The translations under genes were made by a program, and so were the position numbers. From Octopus sinensis (lineage: Eukaryota): a stretch of DNA of 37,847 nucleotides. Under the pieces are notes generated by a model. It worked only from the letters and a program-made list of their open reading frames with translations, searched no databases and was not told the origin of the DNA. The stretch lies in contig NW_021835860.1 of the NCBI RefSeq assembly GCF_006345805.1, positions 1 through 37,847 of the forward strand, given 5' to 3'. Shown here piece after piece: positions 23,616 to 35,427 of the stretch; the first letter of the stretch is position 1, and the number at the start of each line of letters is the position of its first letter.

Positions 23616-24151
23616 CTGTTGCAATACCAGGCAGTGGCCCTCATGGCTTCTAATTTTAACTGATTGGAAATGTTATCATGTACATTGTTTTGTCTTGGTA
23701 TAAAAGATGGGCTACAGCAAATATTCTGCTCAATACCACTGATTTGCTTGTCAGTTGTTTGATCTTAACCAGTTGAGCATATCCCTTAGTGGTTGATGAT
23801 ATGTGCCTCTCTGATCACGAGCAGAAGTAGTTGGGGTGCATCATAGCTATGTGTTGAGAGGGATTCTATGGAGTTTGAATAATTCACCTCTGGAAACATG
23901 GGTGTTTCGATCAACATCCTTAAACAACCCTTATTCAGGGACCATTTGAGTGGGATGGGCTACTCGACCAGAAGAAAATTCTACAAGGTCATGCACTGTT
24001 TATCTTGATATGAGATCACCATGTCGCGCACATATGGTTGTGATGCATGTGCCTAGTGTACCCTTATCAGACAGGTAGTCATGATGGGTATACTGGGCTT
24101 TGTTTATTTTACCCCAGGGTCACTTTGATGGCATGCACTGCTCTCTCACTC
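23616..24151. mobile_element. ~540-bp interspersed repeat D, flanked by (TAA)n on both sides
   Basis: Collinear second copy at 34356-34732 (e.g. ATCATGTACATTGTTTTGTCTTGGTATAAAAGAT shared exactly). No ORF or TIR recognised. Confidence 0.8.
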
Positions 24152-24199
24152 TAATAATAATAATAATAATAATAATAATGATAATCATAATAATAATAA

Positions 24200-24413
24200 T
24201 AACTCTTTCAACTACAGGAACCTGAAATTTTTTAGGTAAGAGGATTAGTTAATTACATTGACCCCTGTGCACAATTAGTAGTCATTTGATTGACCCTGAA
24301 ATAATTAAAATCAAAGTCAGTAATGAGAGAATTTGAACTCAGAACATAAAGATGAATGAAATACCACCAAACATTTTGTTCAGCATGTTAACAGTTCTGC
24401 TAGTTCACTACCT
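24200..24413 (-). mobile_element. SINE family C, decayed
   Basis: AGAATTTGAACTCAGAAC...TGTTAACAGTTCTGCTAGTTCACTACC. Confidence 0.7.
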
Positions 24414-24929
24414 TTTGATAATAATAAGCATAACTGTTTCTATATTTAGCCACTTACAGCACTTACATTGTTTAATAAACTTGTACTATCACATGAAATG
24501 TTAAAAAAAAAGGAAAACAATCAATAAATATGCAAGGAATAAGTGACTCAAATTTATACCAAAATGGGTGAGAATTATCAGGGACGTTCTACAAAGAAAA
24601 TATCTTTAAAAATTGTATCAAAATGGATATAAATTAAGAACTATAAAGAAAAACACACAATAAATAACACATGACTTTTTTAAAAAAAAGTACATATAGA
24701 AACATTTAATATTTCCCACCTACACACATGCGAAAAAATCTTGATTTGAGTACTCCATATTTATGTCAATGCTTCTACTAGAAAAGGTGCACCTGAAAGT
24801 TCTCTTCAACATTTTGAAGGGAATGAGACAAAAGGTCAAAAAAAAGGGAAAAAGAATTTAAAAAATAGGTAGTCCTGAGGGCGTTCTTGCTTTCACGTAT
24901 AAATCTCTGTTGATATTTTCTGCTTTGAT

Positions 24930-25148
24930 AAGGTGGTGAGCTGGCAGAACTGTTAACACACTGAGCAAAATGCTTTTCAGCATTTCATTAGCTGTTACAT
25001 TCTGAGTTCAAATTCTGCCAAGGTTGACTTTACCGTTCCTTATTTCAAGGTCAATTAAGTAAGCACCAGTTGAATACTGGAGTTGATGTAATTGACTTAC
25101 TCTTTCTCAGAAATCTATGCCCTTTGCCCAAATTTGAAGCTGATATTT
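24930..25148 (+). mobile_element. SINE family C
   Basis: GGTGGTGAGCTGGCAGAACTGTTAAC...TTCTGAGTTCAAATTCTGCCAAGGTTGACTTT. Confidence 0.8.
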
Positions 25149-25324
25149 TCCCTCTTCTGAATGTTCCTGTATTGTGATCTTATTTACTTTCCCCCAGGAT
25201 TGGTTAATATATTTGAAATTTGGGGTTTTGTTATCCTTTCTTTACATTTTACACACCTTTACATTAAACTCATCATACCCTCTCAGTTGAGTCCTCTTTT
25301 TTTCTCGGGTAATTATCTTTTTGT

Positions 25325-25477
25325 GCTTCAGCTTCCGTCTGCCAAATCCCCTCACAAGGCTTTGGTTGGCCCGAGGCTATAGTAGAAGACACTTACCCAA
25401 GGTGCCACGCAGTGGGAATCAACTCAGACGCATGTGGTTGGTAAGCAAGCTACTTACCACACAGCCACTTCTGTGCC
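25325..25477 (-). mobile_element. SINE family A, 5' half
   Basis: TTCAGCTTCCGTCTGCCAAATCC...GCTACTTACCACACAGCCACTTCTGTGCC. Confidence 0.85.
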
Positions 25478-26313
25478 TTATCTCGATTAAAAATATGTTG
25501 CTTTTTACATACATTTTTCTGCAAAGCCAGGGGGAAAATAAGTTGGTAAACATTGATTTACATGCTGTCATATATAACTTTTATACACTCCGAGATCCAT
25601 TCTTCCATAAAGGAATTATTTAGCAAATTTTGTGGTATCTAGGAAGAGTCATTACACCAATATTAGTAACACAAACATAAAGAATTTTGCAAACCAGATA
25701 CAAAAATGAAATTATTTAACACTTCTGCTTTTATAGATATAGAGAAAACATATGACTGCAAGGAGAAGAATTGTGTTACCATTGGTAGAGAGCTGTTTTA
25801 AAGCATAGGCATACTAGGCAGTTACACAGGGACCTTACAGGTCTAGGGGCCCAATTCCAATTTATGCATTCTGTGGTTTACTGTCAATAAGCAAATGCTA
25901 TAGAGCCCAATGCATTGATTTGCTTGGGGACATACAATACTGTTAAGACAGTTGTATGTGTCTTCTATCACTGCCTTGGGTTGACCCAGTACTTATGTGT
26001 GGATTTTGGTATGCACAAACTGTGTGGAAGCCTCTGTGTGTGTATATATATGTGTGTGTATGTGCATTTGCATGTGTACTGTTTATTTTTTTATAGTAAA
26101 AGAATGAATTATATAAGATGGGGCTTGTTACTTTCAGTGTAGAGTTTAGATAAAATTATTAAAATTTTCAGACAGTGAAGGAAGCAGGAGAAAGACTGGT
26201 GAAAGTCACAATTTGTTTGTATATGTGTGTATATATATATGCATTAGCACGTGTGTATGTGTGTGTAAATACATACATACACACACACATACATACATAC
26301 ATACATACATACA

Positions 26314-26376
<63 letters not shown>

Positions 26377-26676
26377 TATATATACAATATGAATACATAT
26401 ATATATGTATATATATACATACACAAAGTGTGTGTATATATATATATATTCGTATATACAATATGTATATATATATATATATAAAACTACACTAATATAT
26501 GCATGTCCATAGATACAGATGTGTTTGTGTGTGTTTGTGTGTGTGTTTGAGTGCATGTGAGCATAAATATATATATGTGTACAAGTGTACTTCTAAATAA
26601 ATGTCTTAGTAGATATGTGATCATATTTGAATTCCTGTGTTGTTGTTTTTTTTTGTTTACCTTCTTTTTTTTCTTA

Positions 26677-26718
<42 letters not shown>

Positions 26719-27156
26719 TTATGTTTATGTTTGTTTATATTTCAGATTGTTTCACACAAATTTTCTATTTCAGTCTATAGATTGGAAATGATAAATTTCT
26801 TTTCCTCAAAGAGAAAACAAAAACCAAAAACCAAAAAACAAAAAAAAAGCTACATTGTTCTTTCTAGTTATTGGCAAACCTTTGTAAAGAAAATTTGTAT
26901 ACAGTAACGGATAAATTGTGAATAAAATGTCTTGAGGAGATGATATGATTTCTGATAGTATATGTTAGCACTGTCTTATATTACTTACATCTATTATACC
27001 CTTGAGAGAACAGAATGAATATCATACAATCATGAATACAACCTCTGTTCTTTATTACACTAAAGCTTTGCATCTATTTAAGAAAATCATCTTTCCCTGA
27101 ATGGCAACAATCTGGAAGTCACCCCTTTCTATTTACACACACACATACATACATAC

Positions 27157-27216
<60 letters not shown>

Positions 27217-27229
27217 CTTAATCATTTAA

Positions 27230-27603
27230 TCTTTTACTTGTTTCAGTAATTGGACTGTGGCCATCCTGGGGCACTGCCTTGAAAGGTTAGCTGAACGAAT
27301 TGGCCTCAGAATTTATTATATTTTTTTTGAAGTGTGTTATTTATTTTGTCAGTTTCCTTTGTGGGGCTGCTAAGTTACAGGGATGTAAACAAACAAACAC
27401 TGGTTGTCAAGTGTTGGGTGGTGATGGACAAACACAAACATGAACACAGACACACGCGCATGCACACACACACACACACATAGACATACACAGGCATACA
27501 CACACACTGATGCACAACAGGTATCTTTCAGTTTCTGTCTAACTAATCAACTCATAGGGCATAGGTTGGCCCAAGGCACTTGCCCAAGGTGCCATGCAGT
27601 GGG
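27230..27603 (-). mobile_element. SINE family A, decayed and missing the extreme head
   Basis: TCTTTTACTTGTTTCAGTAATTGGACTGTGGCCATCCTGGGGCACTGCC...CACTTGCCCAAGGTGCCATGCAGTGGG. Confidence 0.8.
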
Positions 27604-27699
27604 TAGCAAACTTCCATCCTTGCATTGAATTTTGCAAAGATCACAGGGCCACAGATTTTCATTGCTGAACTTCAACTGTTTCAATATCACCAATCTGGT

Positions 27700-27918
27700 A
27701 AGGTAGCAAGCTGGCAGAAATGTTAGCATGCTGGGCAAAATGCTTAGCAGTATTTCATCTATCTTTAGATTCTGAGTTCAAATTCTACTGAGGTTGACTT
27801 TGCTTTTCATCCTTTTGGGGTTGATAAATTAAATGCCAGTTGCATACTGGGGTCGATCTAATCGACTGGCCCCCTCTCTAAAAATTTCAGGCCTTGTGCC
27901 TAGAGTAGAAAAGAATAT
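27700..27918 (+). mobile_element. SINE family C, best-preserved copy
   Basis: AAGCTGGCAGAAATGTTAGCATGCTGGGCAAAATGCTTAGC, B-box-like GAGTTCAAATTC, TACTGGGGTCGATCTAATCGACTGG, ending GTGCCTAGAGTAGAAAAGAATAT. Confidence 0.85.
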
Positions 27919-28111
27919 CACCAGTCTGATAGAAAGCACAAAACATCTTTGCTCTGCTCTTCTTACTTTGATTACAAGAAAAAAAGAACTCAGTGATATG
28001 CAGTATGCAGGGGACTCAAACCGGGACACTTGCGATTGCAAAGTGGACTTGTTTATCATACAGCCATAAATATGCTAATTTGGATATTTTAGGAGGTACA
28101 GATGTAGCTTA

Positions 28112-28272
28112 TAGGTGCAGGTATAGCTGTGTGGTTGAGAAACTTGTTTTTCAACATTTCGGTCTTCGGTTCAGTCCCACTGTGTGACATCATTGACAAC
28201 TGTCTTTTACTATAGCCTTGGACCAACCAAAGCCATGTGAGTGGATTCTGTTGGCAAAAATATTGGAAAGAA
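28112..28272 (+). mobile_element. SINE family A, decayed 5' half
   Basis: GGTGCAGGTATAGCTGTGTGGTTGAG...GGTTCAGTCCCACTGTGTGAC...ACCAAAGCCATGTGAGTGGAT. Confidence 0.75.
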
Positions 28273-28283
28273 GAAGATATATA

Positions 28284-28672
28284 TCTATATATATAAAGCT
28301 GAAGTTGTCAGTGTATGGCAGGTTTGGTAGCCTTCAACTAACACTATCTCCTCCGAGGTCCTGCAGCGCAAGTTGACCAAAATTGAAAGTATGATAGAAG
28401 AAGGTTTGCTTTTCCTTCTGTAGAAGAAAAAATTGAAATCGGACCATGTTAACACCAAAAATTATTTACATCAAACAAGTGCTTTTTTTCTATGAAAATC
28501 CCTATTTTTTACGATTTTTTGACTGCTGTATCACTATTTTTTGGTGTATTTCAACCAGAAAAATGTTCACTTAAAGAAAATAACAAGCTACATAGTGCAA
28601 AATTTTTACTTTTCAAAAATTCCAATTCTAAAGGGTCGACATAAACCCGAGCAACGCCGGGCGATACTGCTA

Positions 28673-28673
<1 letters not shown>
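28284..28673 (+). mobile_element. Complete non-autonomous Helitron (390 bp)
   Basis: 5' A|TCTATATATATAAAGCTG. 3' hairpin CCCG-AGCAACGC-CGGG (28646-28661), then 8 nt, then CTAG (28670-28673)|T. Inserted between A and T with no TSD, which are the canonical Helitron termini. Confidence 0.88.
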
Positions 28674-28721
<48 letters not shown>

Positions 28722-29829
28722 CAAATTAAGCAACATGATATTAAGAAGTGATATCCTATTGCTTATTTTGATTTTATTCACCTTACTTCGTGCTGTGTGG
28801 ATAATACCGGACTGACTTGGTGCTTCAACTTAAGTACCTAATTCAACTGAATCTCAACTATATATATTTATATATATGTATATATGTAATTTTCAAAAAT
28901 TGCAGAGAAGGAAAACAAAATTCCTGGCTTTGGTTAGTAGGAAATACAGGAGTATCAGTTAATTTTGATTTTATTCAACATATTTCCCTTTCAGATTCAC
29001 ACACTTATTGCAATGGTCCTTCAATTTTATCTAAACCTTGTAAAAGAACTCAGAGTGTTGGACCTCCAGGCAGGCCTTTTGTGATACAATTAAAGCTAAG
29101 AACTTTTCAGTAGAATCTCATATGTTCAATCCTAGGTGTGGGGTTAAACAGCAGAAACCACAAGCAAAGCAATGTAGCACTGAAAATCTTCTGAACACCT
29201 GATCGTAAGCTAAATCGAAATGTTGCGACAAATTCAAAAGTACCAAACCACGACCTAGCTGTCTAATATGTACAGTATTCACTCAACCAGATTCACTATT
29301 TCTAAAGTTTGTAAACATACACAAACCAGCTATTATTGTTTTGCATAGTCACAATATTTTGAATGCATTCAAGTCTAAGAAAGATTTTGTGTTATTTATG
29401 ATAAATAAAAGACACGGCTGATTAATTTATTGTTATATTATTCCATCAGACATTTTCTTCAATATCTTGATAAGTGTTCAAGGGGTATCAGTTTACTAAA
29501 TACTATTTTATAAATAATTGAATAGTTTATGTCAGAGAGAATTGGATTTAAGAGAGATCAGATTGTAAAATCGTTCAGTTTGACAAAGAACTCTTCCAAG
29601 TATTGGAAAAATACAAACTTTTTCTTTTTCTTTTTGGTTTACAGTAGTTAAACAAAGATGGCCGATAGAATCCATTTACTCATTAGGTTTCCAAGAATTT
29701 TAATCTAGGCCTGGTGCCAGATGTATAATTAAATTAAATAAATATAAATGCTTGAATGTGCACATCCACCTAACCTATGACTGAATAAAGGTTAAAATTG
29801 ATGTTAATAAATCTAAAGCAATATATAAC

Positions 29830-30235
29830 ACACACACACATATATGTATACATACATAAATATATGTATATACATAATATATATATATATATATTGTATA
29901 TATATATTATATATATGTGTGTGTGTTAAAAGTACCTCTACATTTTGGAGAATATATATATATATATATATAATATATATATAATATATATATATATTAT
30001 ATATATATATATATACATAAATATATATATAAGTATATATGTATGTATATATTATATATATATATAATATATATATATACTTATATATCTATCTATATAT
30101 ATATATATATTTATACATATATATATCTATATAAGTATATATGTATATATATATATGTATATATATATATGTATATATATATATATGTATATATATATGT
30201 ATATATATATCTATATCTATCTATCTATCTATCTA

Positions 30236-30273
<38 letters not shown>

Positions 30274-30402
30274 GATACGTATGTGTCTGTCTATGTATCT
30301 TTCTCTCTTATATATGTGTATATATATATGTGGTGTGTGTTAAAGGTACCTCTATATTTTAGAGTATGCTTCTTTTTTTTCAGATTTATGTTTTCTACAA
30401 AC

Positions 30403-30444
<42 letters not shown>

Positions 30445-30460
30445 CACACATACATACACA
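29830..30460. repeat. (TA)n compound microsatellite field containing a 34-bp direct repeat (~29919-29952, ~30333-30366)
   Basis: GTGTGTGTTAAAAGTACCTCTACATTTTGGAGAA vs GTGTGTGTTAAAGGTACCTCTATATTTTAGAGTA (4 mismatches). Confidence 0.8.
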
Positions 30461-30871
30461 CACAAATCTATGCTTATATCTTGAAATACAAACTCCATTC
30501 AGAAATTGAAGACAAACAAGAGAAAATATTTATCTAGTTGAAGACCAAATAATTTCATCAATTTAAATCTCTACTTTTTCGAGATCAAGTTACTGTAAAA
30601 TATATTTAGTGAGAGTGGTTGTCATTGATAAGGGAAAAAACAAAAACAACACCAACAAAAATAGGATATAAAGAAAATGAAAATAAAAAAAAAATTAAGC
30701 CAAAATAAAAATAATTAAAAATCATAAATAAATAAATAAAACGCCTACCTACCTGCATGCATACATACATATGTATACATGTATACATACATATACACAT
30801 ATACATATACACACGTAATTCATGCATTCATACAAACATGCATATATTCATACATGCTAAGTGCATACATG

Positions 30872-31025
30872 TCATTATCATCATCATTATCATCATCATC
30901 GTTTAACGCCTGCTTTCCATGCTGGTATGTGTTGGATTGTTTGACAGAGCTGGCTAGCAGGGAGCTGTCCTGACTCCAATTGTCTGGTGTGGCATGGCTG
31001 GATGCCCTTCCTAATGCCAACCACA
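30872..31025 (-). mobile_element. RTE-type 3' end fragment
   Basis: (CAT)n CGTTTAACGCCTGCTTTCCATGCTGG...GGATGCCCTTCCTAATGCCAACCAC. Confidence 0.8.
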
Positions 31026-31123
31026 TGTATACATACATGCTAAATGAATACATCAATCAATCAGTCATCAATCAATCAATCAATCAATAAATTATTCAAT
31101 TAATCAGTCAGTCAGTCAATCAA

Positions 31124-31158
<35 letters not shown>

Positions 31159-31202
31159 TCAATCAATCAATCAAAGGTTCTTCTTGAGCCTTAAGCTTAT
31201 AA

Positions 31203-31370
31203 GAACAGTCCATAGCAGGATTACTCATTTTCGCCAGCTGTGTGTCCTGGAGCAATATGAAATGAAATGTTTTGCTGAAGAACAACACATTGCCCAGTCC
31301 AGGAATTGAAACCACAATCTTATATCTCATGCATGAAACACCTTAACCACCAAGCCATGTGCCTCTGCAC
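31203..31370 (-). mobile_element. SINE family B, decayed
   Basis: TTACTCATTTTCGCCAGCTG...GAAATGAAATGTTTTGCTGAAGAAC...CTTAACCACCAAGCCATGTGCCTC, collinear with 14480-14664. Confidence 0.8.
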
Positions 31371-31565
31371 ATGCACATATACATACATATATACATACAT
31401 ACAAACAGACACACATATATATATACATATTGGAACCAATGTCATGAGGTCTGTCTAAACAGCCTTGGAGTGCTACTACGTTATATTTAGACATCTTCTG
31501 AACAATAAAGAGAGAATTGGGTGCATCACATGTAACAGAGGAAACGAGTGTAGGAGAACTTCTGA

Positions 31566-31720
31566 ACAGGCATGGGTGTGTGGGTAAGGAGCTTACTTCT
31601 AAACCATGTGGTCTTGTGTTCAGTCTCACTGTGCAGCACCTTGGGCAAGTGTCTTCTACTACACTTCCAGGTTAACTAAAGCCATGTGAGTGGATTTGTT
31701 GGATAGGAAATGAAAGAAAT
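31566..31720 (+). mobile_element. SINE family A, 5' half
   Basis: GGGTGTGTGGGTAAGGAGCTTAC...GTTCAGTCTCACTGTGCAGCACCTTGGGCAAGTGTCTTCTAC. Confidence 0.8.
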
Positions 31721-32120
31721 CAGTTTTGTATGTTTGTGCATTTGGGGCGGCCGTGGTTTCTCTGAAGACATTTCTTTTGTGAGGTGTGAAGTCGTCATTT
31801 TGTGGCGATCATTTAGTGTTCCTTGTAATATGGAAACTACTCATCCTCCTATAGTTATTTCATTAATACGTCTATCTATTTGATGATACACATCTAAGCC
31901 TGAGTTTTTAGGGGTTTGAATGAAAAAGTGTTTCTGTGATTTATTTGCCGCTTTTGGTGTATTTTTCGGAGAACCGACTTTGATAAGTGAAAGTTTAATG
32001 AAACAGGGACAACTGATGAAGGGGAATATTCTTTATGTTGCATGTCTCATTTCTCTGTTTTTTTTTGTTGTTTTCATTTCTCATTTTGTTCAGCGTTTTT
32101 TTTTTGTATGTCCTGTACCC

Positions 32121-32560
32121 ATATATGCATGTATATGTACATATATTTATATATTATTTATATCATATATATATATATATGCATGTATATGTACATATAT
32201 TTATATATTATTTATATCATATATATATATATATGCATGTATATGTACATATATTTATATATTATTTATATCATATATATATATATATGCATGTATATGT
32301 ACATATATTTATATATTATTTATATCATATATATATATATATGCATGTATATGTACATATATTTATATTATTTATATCATATATATATATATGCATGTAT
32401 ATGTACATATATTTATATATTATTTATATCATATATATATATATATGCATGTATATGTACATATATTTATATATTATTTATATCATATATATATATATGC
32501 ATGTATATGTACATATATTTATATATTATTTATATCATATATATATATATGTATGTATAT
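32121..32560. repeat. Minisatellite, 8 copies of a 50-54 bp AT-rich unit
   Basis: GCATGT anchor at 32127, 32181, 32235, 32289, 32343, 32393, 32447 and 32499; unit GCATGTATATGTACATATATTTATATATTATTTATATCA(TA)n. Explains the repetitive ORFs at 31920-32732. Confidence 0.95.
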
Positions 32561-33007
32561 GTATATATATATATATATATATACATATATGTATGTATAT
32601 GTGTGTGTGTGTATAAAAATGTTCGGTTTACAAGGAAAGATCCAGAGGAATAGTTACAAGGTAGCCAAATGTCACATAAGTGCCCAAGGAATTAGCAATC
32701 ACACTTACGTGGGAGTCAATTCTGAGAAGTGAGACATGTTTTGGAGAACATAAGATTAATGGAAAATGGATGTTATTTAAATCATTTATATCACCGAATC
32801 ACTGACATATGTTTTGATCTGCCATTCAATTTCTATTCTTTTATACCTCCATTTCTCCTTTAATTCTTTTTCTCTCTTTCCCTACCCCTTTCCCTTCTTC
32901 TTTCATTCTGTGATGTCAAATTTCTTAACAGTATTTTAAAATTACTAGCGTTCCCATCCACGTTTGTTTTCTATATATATATATATATAATTATATATAT
33001 ATATATA

Positions 33008-33208
33008 TGATAGATCGTTAGCCACTACACACTTTTTTCGCCTCTGTTTCTTCTCTCCTTGTTTTTTTCTCTGTGTCCCTTTCTGTAGAAGAGCGTAGGC
33101 TTGAAATGTAAAAGACTTTTTCTATTCCTGAGTGTTATACTAATACATCTGTTTGTTTTGTACACGACCTGTCTTTGTCTTCAGTTTTTTTTTCGTAACT
33201 CTCCCTAT

Positions 33209-33210
<2 letters not shown>
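33008..33210 (+). mobile_element. Probable Penelope-like element terminal (pLTR) fragment
   Basis: TTCTGTAGAAGAGCGTAGGCTTGAAATGTAAAAGAC resembles the CTGANGA...TCGAAAC signature of Penelope-like termini. No RT/GIY-YIG ORF reliably recognised nearby. Confidence 0.4.
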
Positions 33211-33245
<35 letters not shown>

Positions 33246-33654
33246 CTGTATGTGTGTGGTGTGTGTATGTAGCTGAAATTTACAGAAAACAAAAGACAAA
33301 TGTAGGTGTATAAACAACAAGCAGGTGTATTAGTTTGGCTGTGATATACATGTAGAGTGGAAGCACAGGTGAAATAATAGAGACATAGAGGGAGAGACGA
33401 CAAAAAGGGAGAGGAAAAAGGGAAAGAGAAGAAGAGAAATGGAGTGGGAAAGGGAGAGAGAGAGAGTAATTAATTCTTAAAGATTACAGCTGGTGTGTGA
33501 ACAAAGGGAAAGACTATGTTAGCGATATGAATGTGGAATATGAAAAACTAGTGATCAGTAAAAAATGAAAAATAAATAAAAACTGAAAATAAAATAAAAT
33601 AAAAAAAAAACCTCTTAAGTTTGCTGATAGTGACAGGCACCAACAGTAGAAATT

Positions 33655-33730
33655 GACCAAGGAGGACATGGAGACATGGGAGGAAGCTGCGTGGTTTGAT
33701 CTCAAGATTTTGGGCTTCGCAGATGAAAGA
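33655..33730 (+). mobile_element. Decayed RTE RT C-terminal fragment
   Basis: Allowing for a small GACATGG duplication it reads RPRRTWEEAAWFDLKILGFAD, homologous to RPRKTWDDTVKYDLRTSGLTE at 8031-8236. Confidence 0.55.
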
Positions 33731-33794
33731 TGATTCAACATTTGAGATGTTTGTCGAGTTGTAGACTTGCAGAGTCCTCACTGGATAAAGATTC

Positions 33795-33840
33795 ATTGAC
33801 ATGATGCTGATGTTGAGGATGATGATGATAATGGCAGTGA

Positions 33841-33871
<31 letters not shown>

Positions 33872-34047
33872 GATGATGATGATGATGATGATGTGGAAAA
33901 GGCTAATGAAGATGGTGAAAGAATCATGATGATGCTGAAGATTTTGATGCTAATGGTGCTGATGAAGACGAATGTGTGATCGGATCTAAAATGAATATAT
34001 GGGAATATTTTGAATTAGAAATAACAGCAACAACAACAATGATAATA

Positions 34048-34091
<44 letters not shown>

Positions 34092-34267
34092 TAATAATAA
34101 TAATAATAATAATGATAATACTAATGATAATAATACTACTAATAATAATAATGATAATAATAAAATGATAGTAATACTAATGAATAATAATATAATAATA
34201 TAATAATAAATAATAATAATAATCAATAAATAATAATAATAATAATAATATGATGAAGATGATGATG

Positions 34268-34345
<78 letters not shown>

Positions 34346-34355
34346 TAATAATAAA
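33795..34355. repeat. Compound (GAT)n and (AAT)n microsatellite field
   Basis: Direct inspection; source of the poly-Leu and poly-Asn ORFs. Confidence 0.92.
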
Positions 34356-34732
34356 TGCCCTGATGCAGTACCAGACAGTGTTTTTCATGGCTTCTGATCT
34401 TAACTGATTGGAAGTGCTATCATGTACATTGTTTTGTCTTGGTATAAAAGATTGGCTACAGCAAATATTCTGCTCAATAACACAGATTTGCTTGTCAGTT
34501 GTTTGACCGTAACCAGTTGAGCATGTTCCTCAGTAGCTGACAATATGTGCATCTCTGATCATGAGCAGAATTAGTGGGGAAGCATCATAGCCATATGTTG
34601 AGAGGCATTCTTTGGGGTTTGAATAATTCACCTTTAGAAACATGGGTGTTTTGTTCAACATCCTTAAACAACCCTTATTTAGGGACCTTTTGAGTGGGAT
34701 GGGTTACTCGACTGGAAGAAAATTCTAACTGG
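34356..34732. mobile_element. Second, truncated copy of repeat D
   Basis: Collinear with 23616-~23985, preceded by (AAT)n. Breaks at AAAATTCTAACTGG, where unrelated sequence (34733-~34918) begins. Confidence 0.8.
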
Positions 34733-35427
34733 TGTCAAGCTGTATCAGCCTTTGTCTCTCCCTTGGATGACATTGGTGGAGTCAAGAGGGGAGGCTGGTA
34801 TGCATGGGCGACTGCTGGTCTTCCATAAACAACTTTGCCTGTACTTGTGCCTTGGAGGGGAACTTTCTAGGTGCATACCCATGGTCATTTATGACCAAAG
34901 GGGGTCTTAACCCTTTAGATAAATCCAAAATATGTGTTGAATGGTATTGGTATTGTAGGTATTTTGAAACTACTTTATGGGGTAACATCCATGCCCTGCA
35001 TAGTTATGGGCTGTCCTTTGACAAGGCATAACACCTGTTTAACTACCCTACCAAGGGTATGGTGAAGTTATAGGACTGCAGCATGGCAGATTATGAAGAG
35101 GTAGCAGAAGAGCTTAACTGAGCCAAAAGTGCTTCCTACATTGATGCTGAGCAGAGGAATCCTAGAAGATGAATGGTTAGGATCACCAAGCTTTATCAAA
35201 GAAATAACTAAAAAGGATCCATAGGGGTGGTGTCCTTGGTTATGTAGTCAGCTAATGAAAGAGTCACTATGGCTCAAACTCCCAATTCAAATTCATGATT
35301 ATAGAATTGGATGGTGACAGAGAGTCATGGGAGTCTGCAAAAGCAGCAAAAAAAAAGGGGATTGAATGACAAAGGATTGGGAGATGTGGCGATTTGTTGT
35401 ACTTGTTAAGACATACAGGTCCTTTCA

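Noticed and set aside
28787-28837. 51-nt minus-strand exon candidate (VLKLKHQVSPVLSTQHE) with GAA|GTAAGG donor
   Set aside because: The acceptor lacks a polypyrimidine tract and the peptide has no recognisable homology.
31740-32100. Possible Penelope GIY-YIG C-terminal remnant on minus (IFPF...KHFFIQTPK)
   Set aside because: Too few matching residues to call without a profile search.
31920-32732. Longest ORFs (270, 193 and 203 aa) with repeating YIYACICT units
   Set aside because: They are translations of the 54-bp AT minisatellite, open in all three frames for lack of stops.
33924-34388. Poly-Leu 'transmembrane' and poly-Asn ORFs
   Set aside because: Translation of (AAT)n/(GAT)n tracts.
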